64,000 bases of DNA from a virus. A program made the translations under genes and the position numbers. Each line of letters opens with the position of its first letter. The first letter of the stretch is position 1. Of the stretch, positions 29,737-38,069 are shown one piece after another. The DNA lies in IMG/VR virus record IMGVR_UViG_3300028198_000256, positions 51,004-115,003 of that record. One strand, 5' to 3'. The notes beneath the pieces are model-generated. The model made no database searches. It had not been told where the DNA came from and saw only the letters and a program-made list of their open reading frames with translations.

Positions 29737-30156
29737 TCATACTCCAATAACCCTATTAGCCTCTTCTATCATATCATCCGCCTCTTTTGAATATGTATAA
29801 AATTCATATTCATGTCTATCCCAATCTTCAATACAATATTTCTTGACAAAATCTTCTTTTGTCATATCATACCACTCTTCCGACTGTCCTGCATAATTAT
29901 ATAAATACTTAAATTCAATAACATTCTCTGGTCGAAATGATCTCCAACCCTGTGAGTTAACATCCCACACAGAAATAACTAATTCAGATACATTACCATT
30001 ACCCTTTGGTAAAAACGATTCAGGAACAAAAATCATATCTAATGTGCATGACATAACACGTAAATCACCATTAACTTTATTAAAAGTTACTTCACACACA
30101 CCATCTTTTAAAGAGTTAACCATTCCGCTCTTACTTCTAATATCATTCATAATCAA
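29737..30156 (-). CDS. T4-like conserved SH3/WYL-like protein with C-terminal add-on
   Basis: VTFNKVNGDLRVMSCTL, VWDVNSQGWRSFR. Confidence 0.7.
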   Translation of the reverse strand: MIMNDIRSKSGMVNSLKDGVCEVTFNKVNGDLRVMSCTLDMIFVPESFLPKGNGNVSELVISVWDVNSQGWRSFRPENVIEFKYLYNYAGQSEEWYDMTKEDFVKKYCIEDWDRHEYEFYTYSKEADDMIEEANRVIGV

Positions 30157-30393
30157 CCACCCTCATATAACGCAGCACCAGTAATCATTGATAAAAACCC
30201 AACAAACGAATATGAAATCATAGAACCAATATCATACGTCGCAGAATCAACAACCCCTAGAATAACAAAAAAACCCAAAACACTCAATAAAACACATAAA
30301 AAATTATACATATATCCTCATATTAAACTAATTAAAAAACAAAACCAAACTATATTAATACATATCAATTCAATTAATATATCTATTATAAAA

Positions 30394-30576
30394 TCATAAA
30401 TTCTTTTTGGCAATATAGTCATGACTATAATCTATCTCAGTATGTGTATCTCTATCATGATCGTGAACACTCGCATAATCACCATTTACAATCGGTATAA
30501 CAAATACTATCCATAAAAAACCAACTACTATGCACAACATAGTAACTATAATTTTCTGTATAGTTAACTTATCCAT
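30394..30576 (-). CDS. Small membrane protein
   Basis: TM helix plus His/Asp-rich tail. Confidence 0.5.
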   Translation of the reverse strand: MDKLTIQKIIVTMLCIVVGFLWIVFVIPIVNGDYASVHDHDRDTHTEIDYSHDYIAKKNL

Positions 30577-30747
30577 GGCAGATTACCCCACTAATATACG
30601 ATTCTGCACTTCCTCTATCTCAACATCAGTAAATACCTTATTACCAACTAAAGCTGGAAACAGTAATAACATTATAATTAAACCAAACATCAATCCCAAT
30701 AAAACCAATCTTCTTATTAAAATACTCATTTTAATACTCCATTAAAT

Positions 30748-30969
30748 TTAAAAAAACCATCTATAAATAGCTACAATGTCAATAACAAAATAAACAACAT
30801 TCATCCACATTAAAGAATATTCATGAATCCTATACCCATAAATACACCAAAGAATTGAAGAAACTCCAAATAATATAAAGGAATATGGACTAATAGTTAT
30901 ATTCAATGCCAATAATATTGCGGCAACAACTCCAAAAATGGTTCCCCAATCGGCAATATTAAGTTTCAT
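30748..30969 (-). CDS. Small 3-TM membrane protein
   Basis: Three hydrophobic segments; ATG 5 nt after a -10 box. Confidence 0.65.
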   Translation of the reverse strand: MKLNIADWGTIFGVVAAILLALNITISPYSFILFGVSSILWCIYGYRIHEYSLMWMNVVYFVIDIVAIYRWFF

Positions 30970-30974
30970 AACAC

Positions 30975-31003
30975 ATTATATCATAAAGTCATCTAATTGT
31001 CAA
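30975..31003 (-). promoter_or_regulatory. Sigma70-type early promoter (probably leaderless transcript)
   Basis: TTGACA-17 nt-TATAAT with TG; ATG at 30969. Confidence 0.8.
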
Positions 31004-31269
31004 GTGGTTTTTAACCTTTCCCATAAAATAGTTACTAAAGCTCTATGACTTTTACGTCTATCCAATTCTATATTTAAAAATTCTCTACCAAAAGTTTCTA
31101 ATTGCAATTTATTCATTTTTAAAAGATCCTCATGTGTTACTGATTTTGGATCACCATTTAAATAAGAAAAATCACAATCATCTATTATAACATCCTCTGG
31201 TTTCTTAATGACCCCAGCCGGATCTTGTACTGAAGACAAAAACATATCTTTAATCCACTCAAATATCAT
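31000..31269 (-). CDS. Hypothetical protein
   Basis: GAGGTG SD; LETFGRE..IELDRRK pattern. Confidence 0.6.
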   Translation of the reverse strand: MIFEWIKDMFLSSVQDPAGVIKKPEDVIIDDCDFSYLNGDPKSVTHEDLLKMNKLQLETFGREFLNIELDRRKSHRALVTILWERLKTT

Positions 31270-31278
31270 ATCATCACC

Positions 31279-31944
31279 TCAAAAACTATTATTATACTTA
31301 TATATAGTATCTTTAAGATCCGTCGTCCAATTATCTCGATGTTCTTTAAATACTTGTGGTTCGTGTCCATCAACTGCAATAATAATTACTAATTCTACTA
31401 TTGGTATATTAGTACGTTCTTCCCACATTATTGCATAAGCAGCACATTGCATAAAATATGACGATATCCATTCTTTCTTTTTCAATTTCTTTGATGTTTT
31501 AAAATCTATAATACTTAACTTTCCATCAAATTCAGCAACACAATCTACTCTACCAGCCAACTTCAAATGATTAGAATATAATGCACACTCTTGTTCATAT
31601 ATACTACCAATACGATCAAGAGTAGATTTCACCGAAGATAATGATGATATTATATTAGGAAAATATCCTTTCGTATAATCAACATCATTATCAAGATACT
31701 TCTCTATTATTTCATGTACTTGTGTTCCACGATAAGACGCAGCATAAGAAATCTTATTAGCCGCTTCAATACCAACACGTCTTTTCCATTTATCAATGAA
31801 TTCCTTTGATAATATAGATAAGACAGTTGTAACAGACGGATATTCAATACCATCTGGTGTCACATATTTCCTAGAACCATCAGATGACGTGACAGATTCC
31901 AAATCATCATAATCCTTAAAATTAATCGGACAATGTTCAAACAC
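31279..31944 (-). CDS. PD-(D/E)XK exonuclease
   Basis: YPSVTTVL, RGTQVH, AGRVDC, IIDFKTS, YFMQCAAYA. Confidence 0.88.
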   Translation of the reverse strand: MFEHCPINFKDYDDLESVTSSDGSRKYVTPDGIEYPSVTTVLSILSKEFIDKWKRRVGIEAANKISYAASYRGTQVHEIIEKYLDNDVDYTKGYFPNIISSLSSVKSTLDRIGSIYEQECALYSNHLKLAGRVDCVAEFDGKLSIIDFKTSKKLKKKEWISSYFMQCAAYAIMWEERTNIPIVELVIIIAVDGHEPQVFKEHRDNWTTDLKDTIYKYNNSF

Positions 31945-32465
31945 TAATTAACTCCCGTCGAACCAAATCCACCAGATCCCCTACTAAAAGAACCATCACC
32001 AGTACTTGGTAATTCATGCAAATCACTACATACAACTATATCAGGACTTTCATGTGGTATAAACATAATCTGAGCAATCCTATCTCCATCATTTACTCTA
32101 AATTTATCTGAACCATGATTCTGCAATACAACACCAACAACACCACGATAATCAGAATCTATCACACCAGCTAATACATCAATCCCATGTCTTAATGCCA
32201 ACCCAGACCTTGGTTTAATTATACCTACAAATCCTTGACGTATACCAAACACCACACCAGTAGATATCAATAAACGTTCTCCTGGATATATATATGACGT
32301 TCTATGTTTTATACCAGTAGGATTAGATTCATATGTAATTGTTTCATCTACAGATGCATATAAGTCATACCCAGCAGAATAATTAGTACCCCTAGTTGGT
32401 TTTTTAGCAGTCTCATTCATTAATATAACTTTCACACCTAATAGAGAATTTTCATCATATATCAT
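31944..32465 (-). CDS. dut: dUTPase (trimeric)
   Basis: AGYDL, PRSGLA, GVIDSDYRG, RIAQ, RGSGGFGSTG. Confidence 0.95.
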   Translation of the reverse strand: MIYDENSLLGVKVILMNETAKKPTRGTNYSAGYDLYASVDETITYESNPTGIKHRTSYIYPGERLLISTGVVFGIRQGFVGIIKPRSGLALRHGIDVLAGVIDSDYRGVVGVVLQNHGSDKFRVNDGDRIAQIMFIPHESPDIVVCSDLHELPSTGDGSFSRGSGGFGSTGVN

Positions 32466-32647
32466 TCTCCACCCCCTATTTGATATTCATATTTTAATAC
32501 ATTCCAAGGCAACTTATCATAAGATGACATACCTTCATCTGTTGGTTTCGGTATGTTAACCCAAATCATATCAGTACCCCTATATCTAACTCTAATACGT
32601 TTATTAGATTTCCAATCATAATTCAACTGTAATACACTTTTACTCAT
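32462..32647 (-). CDS. Hypothetical protein
   Basis: Overlapping start/stop with neighbours. Confidence 0.5.
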   Translation of the reverse strand: MSKSVLQLNYDWKSNKRIRVRYRGTDMIWVNIPKPTDEGMSSYDKLPWNVLKYEYQIGGGE

Positions 32648-33404
32648 AATCTCTCACCACCTTCTTCATAGTTAATGCTTCCCACGAAATAGGATACAAC
32701 GCCCCTAATATTCTATTCCACTCATCAGCAAGTTCACGTATCTCCAATTGAGCCGTAGAACTTTTTCTTAAATTATATGCTCTTGCCCAAGCATATAAAG
32801 ATCCTGTTACAAAATATTCAGTCATCATAGACTGTGGTAGAACCATACGAGCCTGTTCTGGACACACACCCGACTCAATCATCTCCGTATATAATCTAGT
32901 TGATTGAGTAATATGACTCATATATGCGTCTTCTAATAATGGAGAAGTTAGTCCATTCATGAATGGTTCTTTGAAATGAGTTATAAAATCCGTATCAGAA
33001 GAACCCTGTTTAACCTTCTCTGGGCGTGTTCTCCACCCATTAGTTTCTGGTACATGGAAATCTGGAGTATCTGATACATATCGTCTAGACACTTCATTAT
33101 AACTAAACCCCACAACATGCTTAAATCTCTGTCTAGCAACAAAAATAGGCACTTTCTCACGTAACGTAACCATTTCATGTGTAAATGGTGTGAAGTGGTT
33201 ATGTTTGGCCAAATACCTAATCAACTTTTTATCACCATCTTTAACATTAGGAATAAATGCGTGTAATGTACACTCTCCATCTTCATCCACGTGTTCTACA
33301 ATTTCATCAAAGCCAACCCCCTCAGAAAACTTAGCAAATGAAACACGAGCAGAATTAACTACTGTAATATCATCACCCATATGATTAACATATTCTACCT
33401 TCAT
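32640..33404 (-). CDS. thyX: Flavin-dependent thymidylate synthase
   Basis: VVNSARVS, HFTPF, PIFVARQ, NEVSRRY, EQARMVLP, AQLEIR. Confidence 0.93.
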   Translation of the reverse strand: MKVEYVNHMGDDITVVNSARVSFAKFSEGVGFDEIVEHVDEDGECTLHAFIPNVKDGDKKLIRYLAKHNHFTPFTHEMVTLREKVPIFVARQRFKHVVGFSYNEVSRRYVSDTPDFHVPETNGWRTRPEKVKQGSSDTDFITHFKEPFMNGLTSPLLEDAYMSHITQSTRLYTEMIESGVCPEQARMVLPQSMMTEYFVTGSLYAWARAYNLRKSSTAQLEIRELADEWNRILGALYPISWEALTMKKVVRDYE

Positions 33405-33413
33405 ATATACCCC

Positions 33414-33827
33414 TCATAACCTATTTAAATGTGACTTCCTAACCTTAACCATTATCCAAGAATTGTAATATTCATCAGATTCTAATACTTTATAATCAAA
33501 TTGATACTTAGCCTCAAAATACGCACATTCCGACTTAGTTTTACACAACCTCAATATCTTCCTATCAAACTGTTCAGCCCCAATTTTATTCAAATCTTCT
33601 AATAATAATTCAGAAGAACCATAGTAATCTTGCCAATCAGATTCTACCTTCTTCTTCTTTCTCTTTTTATTCTTTTGATATGACTTAACTGACCAAAAGA
33701 ATTTCTTACCTATATACTTCTTACCATTATCTTTATTAGTTATTTCATATACAAACCCATATAAAAGTTTTGGATCTAAATTCTTGGGTACATATACCTT
33801 ATTCCTATACATCCATGTCATACACAC
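33414..33827 (-). CDS. GIY-YIG family protein
   Basis: GFVYEITN...KYIGKK, DWQDYYGSS. Confidence 0.75.
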   Translation of the reverse strand: MCMTWMYRNKVYVPKNLDPKLLYGFVYEITNKDNGKKYIGKKFFWSVKSYQKNKKRKKKKVESDWQDYYGSSELLLEDLNKIGAEQFDRKILRLCKTKSECAYFEAKYQFDYKVLESDEYYNSWIMVKVRKSHLNRL

Positions 33828-33836
33828 ATCCTTATA

Positions 33837-34442
33837 TTACAAAATAATATCCCTCCAATCCTTATCATCAATATGCTCAATACTTCTTAATGATATAGGA
33901 CCAAAATCAGACCTACTAATTAAATCATATGCTTCAAATACAAATGCCCTATTATTTACCCTAGAAAATCCATTTATTCCAGTTTTACCAAATTTAGGTT
34001 TACCTAACTTTTCTTTAACACCAACCCGTCCAAATCCTGGCCAACTGTTCTCACACATATTAGTAGATACCGCATAATAATCAGACTCCTTTTCTGCATA
34101 CGTTATTGCATCCTGTTCAAAATCCTTTCCAAGTTCAATAAGATCTTTTAATAACTTACCAGAATCCTTAAGGTCAACAACATAATATGATGCCTCTGAT
34201 ACCTCTTTACCACCATTCTCAATCCAAGAACCCTTTATTTTAGTAATACCATATCCACGTTTTAATAACTTAGAACGTAAAATACTATTCTTACCAGTGT
34301 TCTGTTTCTTTGTATACTTAACACCGTCACCACATTCAGCAGTATCTCTAAATGCTGTAATAGTACCAGTATCATGATCTATCCACGCCGACCGAATACG
34401 GTTCAATGTCGATTCCGATAGAATCTTTGTTATACTACTCAT
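33837..34442 (-). CDS. Hypothetical phage protein
   Basis: ITAFR...N..L, G.WIE, GKDFEQDAI pattern. Confidence 0.6.
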   Translation of the reverse strand: MSSITKILSESTLNRIRSAWIDHDTGTITAFRDTAECGDGVKYTKKQNTGKNSILRSKLLKRGYGITKIKGSWIENGGKEVSEASYYVVDLKDSGKLLKDLIELGKDFEQDAITYAEKESDYYAVSTNMCENSWPGFGRVGVKEKLGKPKFGKTGINGFSRVNNRAFVFEAYDLISRSDFGPISLRSIEHIDDKDWRDIIL

Positions 34443-34451
34443 AAATTTCCC

Positions 34452-35645
34452 CTAATATACATCCGTCCAATCTCCCTTTAAACCACCAACTTCATATTCT
34501 GTAACACGATTCTCAAAAAAGTTAGTATGATCGGGTGCATTTAATACCCAATCTAACCACGGTAACGGATTCTCTTTAACTCTATAATTAGGTTTGAATC
34601 CTAATTGTAATAATCTTCTATCAGCAATATATCTGATATATTGTTTAACATCATCTTTATCTAAATCTTCTATAATAGAATCTCCATATGCAAGATCTAT
34701 AAATTTATCTTCTAACTTAACAACTTTACGTAACATACTATATATATCTTTCTTAAAATCATCAGTAACTATTCTTGGATGTTCTTCACAAAACTTCTTA
34801 AAAATTTGAGTCATACCATCAACATGCATACTTTCATCACGAATAGACCATTCTACAACTTTACACATTCCTTTCATTTTACCAAATCTTTGAAAATTTA
34901 ATAACATTACAAATGATGCAAATAATGATATACCTTCAGAAAATACAGATTTTGCAATAGCAAATGCCAAATTAGAATAGTTAGAGTTATCGTTATCTCG
35001 CATAAATTCTACTTTATTATACATTTCTTTATATTCTAAAAAGGACTGAAATTCGGATTCAGGCAACCCCAATGTATCATTCAACAAAGCATATGCTCTT
35101 TGATGTACTCCCTCTCTAGCAGCAAATGAACCGAGCATGTTACGTATCTCATTATTCTTTAATTTTGGAATAAAAAAATCATAATAATTCTGTCCTACTG
35201 CAACATCAGATTGTGTGAATAATCTCAATACTTGAGTAATATAATCCCGTTCAGAATCTGATAATTTACCATTCTTCCAATCTGCAACATCATCTGATAA
35301 ATCAATCTCATCTTCAATCCAATGTGACTGTTCGTGTCTTTTTGTTAATTCAACTGCCCATGGATATCGAAATGGTTTATATGTTTCAGATGGTGTATGC
35401 ATACTAACAGGAGTATTAAATAAAAATTTCTCTTTATTTTTCATAACTACATCTAAATTGCCAAAATACTCACCGTCAATAACAACTTGTGGAACAGTTC
35501 TTTGATTCAGTTTATTAAACTCTTCCCAATATTCCTTTTTTGATTGAATGTCTTTTTCAACAAAATCAACACCATTGGTATTAAACCAATCTTTCAAATT
35601 CACACAAAAAGGACAAGACCCCTGTGAATATACTACTATTTCCAT
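34452..35645 (-). CDS. nrdB: Ribonucleotide reductase class I beta subunit with N-terminal glutaredoxin domain
   Basis: Grx CPFC and TVPQ; YKPFRYPWA, EGVHQRAY, IRDESMH, NFFE. Confidence 0.93.
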   Translation of the reverse strand: MEIVVYSQGSCPFCVNLKDWFNTNGVDFVEKDIQSKKEYWEEFNKLNQRTVPQVVIDGEYFGNLDVVMKNKEKFLFNTPVSMHTPSETYKPFRYPWAVELTKRHEQSHWIEDEIDLSDDVADWKNGKLSDSERDYITQVLRLFTQSDVAVGQNYYDFFIPKLKNNEIRNMLGSFAAREGVHQRAYALLNDTLGLPESEFQSFLEYKEMYNKVEFMRDNDNSNYSNLAFAIAKSVFSEGISLFASFVMLLNFQRFGKMKGMCKVVEWSIRDESMHVDGMTQIFKKFCEEHPRIVTDDFKKDIYSMLRKVVKLEDKFIDLAYGDSIIEDLDKDDVKQYIRYIADRRLLQLGFKPNYRVKENPLPWLDWVLNAPDHTNFFENRVTEYEVGGLKGDWTDVY

Positions 35646-35657
35646 TTATTTCTCCCT

Positions 35658-37139
35658 TTATAAAAAACTATCCAAATCAGTCACAGGTTCAACCGAATCT
35701 ATTCTTAATGTTGCAATCTCAAAATACTCTTTCTCTCTCTCAATACCAATAAAATCAAATCCTTCATATTTAGCAGCCATACCAGTAGAACCAGAACCCA
35801 TAAATGGGTCTAAAACAGTACCGTCTTTCGGTGTAACCATTCTACATAAGTATTTCATTAACTCTACAGGTTTAACCGTTGGATGTACATTCTTTCGTTC
35901 TGTTACAAATCTTCCAGTAACATCATTATCTATCTTTGATTTATCCATTTCATGTGGATCTCGTCTACCAGACATACTTGATGTCTTTTTGATAGGCATT
36001 CCATCACAACCCTGATTTCTCTCTTTCTTAGACACCTTTGGCGAATAGAAATATCGTGAGGCAGAACCCTCATCACCATATTCTCTACCGGCTGGGGTAC
36101 CAGTTGATTTATCCCGAATACCACCAGATTTTGAACCTTCACCTTTGTATTTACCAGCTTTAGTATCTGGAAATACCCCTTTCACCGCATCAGAACCATC
36201 ATGCATTACATTTGACGGAAATCTACCTCTTGGGTCTGCATCAGCATAATGATTTACTTCCTGTTTCATACCTGAGTTTTCATTAGTAAATACATTATCA
36301 TCGGGTCGAGATTTACGATTAGTTGTTTTCCGTTTTGGAAATACCTCTTTCACAACATCAGAACCATCATGCATTACATTTGATGGGAATCTACCTAACT
36401 CACTTGATCCTGTTTTTTCTCCAGCATATCCACCAACATAAACATCTTTTGCCATCTTGTCGGTTTTCCAAGTTCCTTTACCACCTAATCTTGAATCATC
36501 ACCCTCGGATAATCCCACTCTACAACCATCAATATTAATACCACCAGTTCCATGCTTCAGAACATTTGCGACAATAGTCTTTTCTGATAATGGTTTCCTA
36601 GCCATAACAACAGGTTCGTGTGCTGGTTTGAGTGCGGTTCCCCACCCCTCATATTCTGAATTACCCATGGTTTCTTTATATGAATCATCACTTTTCCAAT
36701 CATCATCATGCATAACTCCGAGTGAACTCATAGGTTTCCCTTTACCGACAACATCTCTTTCATTACCAAGTTTCTTATCAATCTGTTTTCCGATATTCAA
36801 ACTCTTTGGAAATCCAGAACCATATAACCACATAATCTGATCTCGTATCTCAAACCCAGCGTCCTCAATAGCAACTGCCATTCTATGATAGGTTCTAGAA
36901 CCAGAAAATGCAAGTAAATGACCACCCGGTTTCAATAACTTTAGTGCCAATTCCCATGTTTCTTTAGAAAATGCTATACCAGTATCATCCCATTGTTTCC
37001 CCATAAATCCTAACTCATATGGAGGATCCGTAACAATTGAATCAACTTGCACACCATCTTCTATCATCTGTTTCATTCTATCAATACAATCATCACAATA
37101 CAGTATCATCACCACCATCCTTACTGGGGAAAAAATCAT
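35658..37139 (-). CDS. DNA amino-methyltransferase (beta class)
   Basis: TDPPY, HPTVKP, VLDPFMGSGST; ends TDLDSFL. Confidence 0.9.
   Translation of the reverse strand: MIFSPVRMVVMILYCDDCIDRMKQMIEDGVQVDSIVTDPPYELGFMGKQWDDTGIAFSKETWELALKLLKPGGHLLAFSGSRTYHRMAVAIEDAGFEIRDQIMWLYGSGFPKSLNIGKQIDKKLGNERDVVGKGKPMSSLGVMHDDDWKSDDSYKETMGNSEYEGWGTALKPAHEPVVMARKPLSEKTIVANVLKHGTGGINIDGCRVGLSEGDDSRLGGKGTWKTDKMAKDVYVGGYAGEKTGSSELGRFPSNVMHDGSDVVKEVFPKRKTTNRKSRPDDNVFTNENSGMKQEVNHYADADPRGRFPSNVMHDGSDAVKGVFPDTKAGKYKGEGSKSGGIRDKSTGTPAGREYGDEGSASRYFYSPKVSKKERNQGCDGMPIKKTSSMSGRRDPHEMDKSKIDNDVTGRFVTERKNVHPTVKPVELMKYLCRMVTPKDGTVLDPFMGSGSTGMAAKYEGFDFIGIEREKEYFEIATLRIDSVEPVTDLDSFL
36168..36396. repeat. Imperfect ~61-bp direct repeat, period 168 bp, inside the methyltransferase
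   Basis: Two copies encoding GRFPSNVMHDGSD.VK.VFP (36168-36228, 36336-36396). Confidence 0.85.
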
Positions 37140-37377
37140 TTACTTGATGACCTTTAAATTTAATAGTATCAGGTTTTTCAAAACACGACTCATAACCCTT
37201 CCACAACGATTCCATCCTTAACTCAAATAATTTGGATACTGCAACAATATCCTCACGTTCTGAACTAACTCTCATTTTTTTAATAATTAATTCTAAATCA
37301 TCAGAAAATCCCCACACCTTCATTATTAATTGATCTAACTCATACAACCTATCTATTTTATCTTTCTTCATAATCAA
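37093..37377 (-). CDS. Hypothetical protein
   Basis: Co-oriented ORF. Confidence 0.55.
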   Translation of the reverse strand: MIMKKDKIDRLYELDQLIMKVWGFSDDLELIIKKMRVSSEREDIVAVSKLFELRMESLWKGYESCFEKPDTIKFKGHQVNDFFPSKDGGDDTVL

Positions 37378-37742
37378 CCCTTATACTTGTTATACATCCC
37401 CATATAATAATTATAACACATAGCAGAACAATACATATTTTCACACTTTTCTATCCACTCATCACTAGGATATCCATCATCATAATATACCGCCAATGGT
37501 CTATACACAGGAGCATTTATATCAAAAAAGGCATACTTCCCATTTACTCTTTGTAATTCTGGTATATTAATAAGTCCAACAGACACCCTCTTTATCACAT
37601 ATAAATTTTTCATCAGTCGACTCGCACCAACAGATGTTGCATCACACATCTGCACACACAGGTACAAGTGAACACACCCACCTAATACCATATCTATCAA
37701 ATGAAACCTTATAGATATTAAACACATTACGCACATTAACAT
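37374..37742 (-). CDS. Hypothetical protein (true start probably internal, MKNLY)
   Basis: Co-oriented ORF; N-terminal part looks spurious. Confidence 0.4.
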   Translation of the reverse strand: MLMCVMCLISIRFHLIDMVLGGCVHLYLCVQMCDATSVGASRLMKNLYVIKRVSVGLINIPELQRVNGKYAFFDINAPVYRPLAVYYDDGYPSDEWIEKCENMYCSAMCYNYYMGMYNKYKG

Positions 37743-37825
37743 CTAATACAATACCATATCCATATCTTCCAGATATAACACCATCTCCACTACATATTTC
37801 TCTCATAACTATTCCCTACTAAAAT

Positions 37826-37901
37826 TGGTGGGTCTGGTAGGACTCGAACCTACACTCGGCCGATTATGAGTCGGATGCATTAACCATTATGCTACAGACC
37901 C
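37826..37901 (-). tRNA. tRNA with CAU anticodon (probably Ile2/lysidine type, or elongator Met)
   Basis: GGGTCTG...TCCGA CTCATAA TCGGC...GTAGG TTCGAGT CCTAC CAGACCC A CCA, 76 nt. Confidence 0.92.
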
Positions 37902-38040
37902 CATTCTTTAAAACAAATGATAAGCAAAATATATTCCTGTCACAACCAAATGAAATAAAACTAAATTCGGTTCAAACGTTATTTTTCTATCTATTAAATT
38001 AACTAACATATTCTCCCCAATTAAAACAACTTTATAACAT

Positions 38041-38069
38041 ATAATACCACAATATGACTCAAATGTCAA
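38041..38069 (-). promoter_or_regulatory. Sigma70-type early promoter upstream of tRNA(CAU)
   Basis: TTGACA-17 nt-TATTAT with TG. Confidence 0.75.

Noticed and set aside
31279-31944. Cas4 as part of a CRISPR system
   Set aside because: It lacks the Cas4 cysteine cluster and any cas or array context; it is the common T4-like PD-(D/E)XK exonuclease.
33414-33827. Mobile homing endonuclease targeting thyX or nrdB
   Set aside because: Short GIY-YIG with no evident DNA-binding extension; looks like a conserved stand-alone family, so mobility is unsupported.
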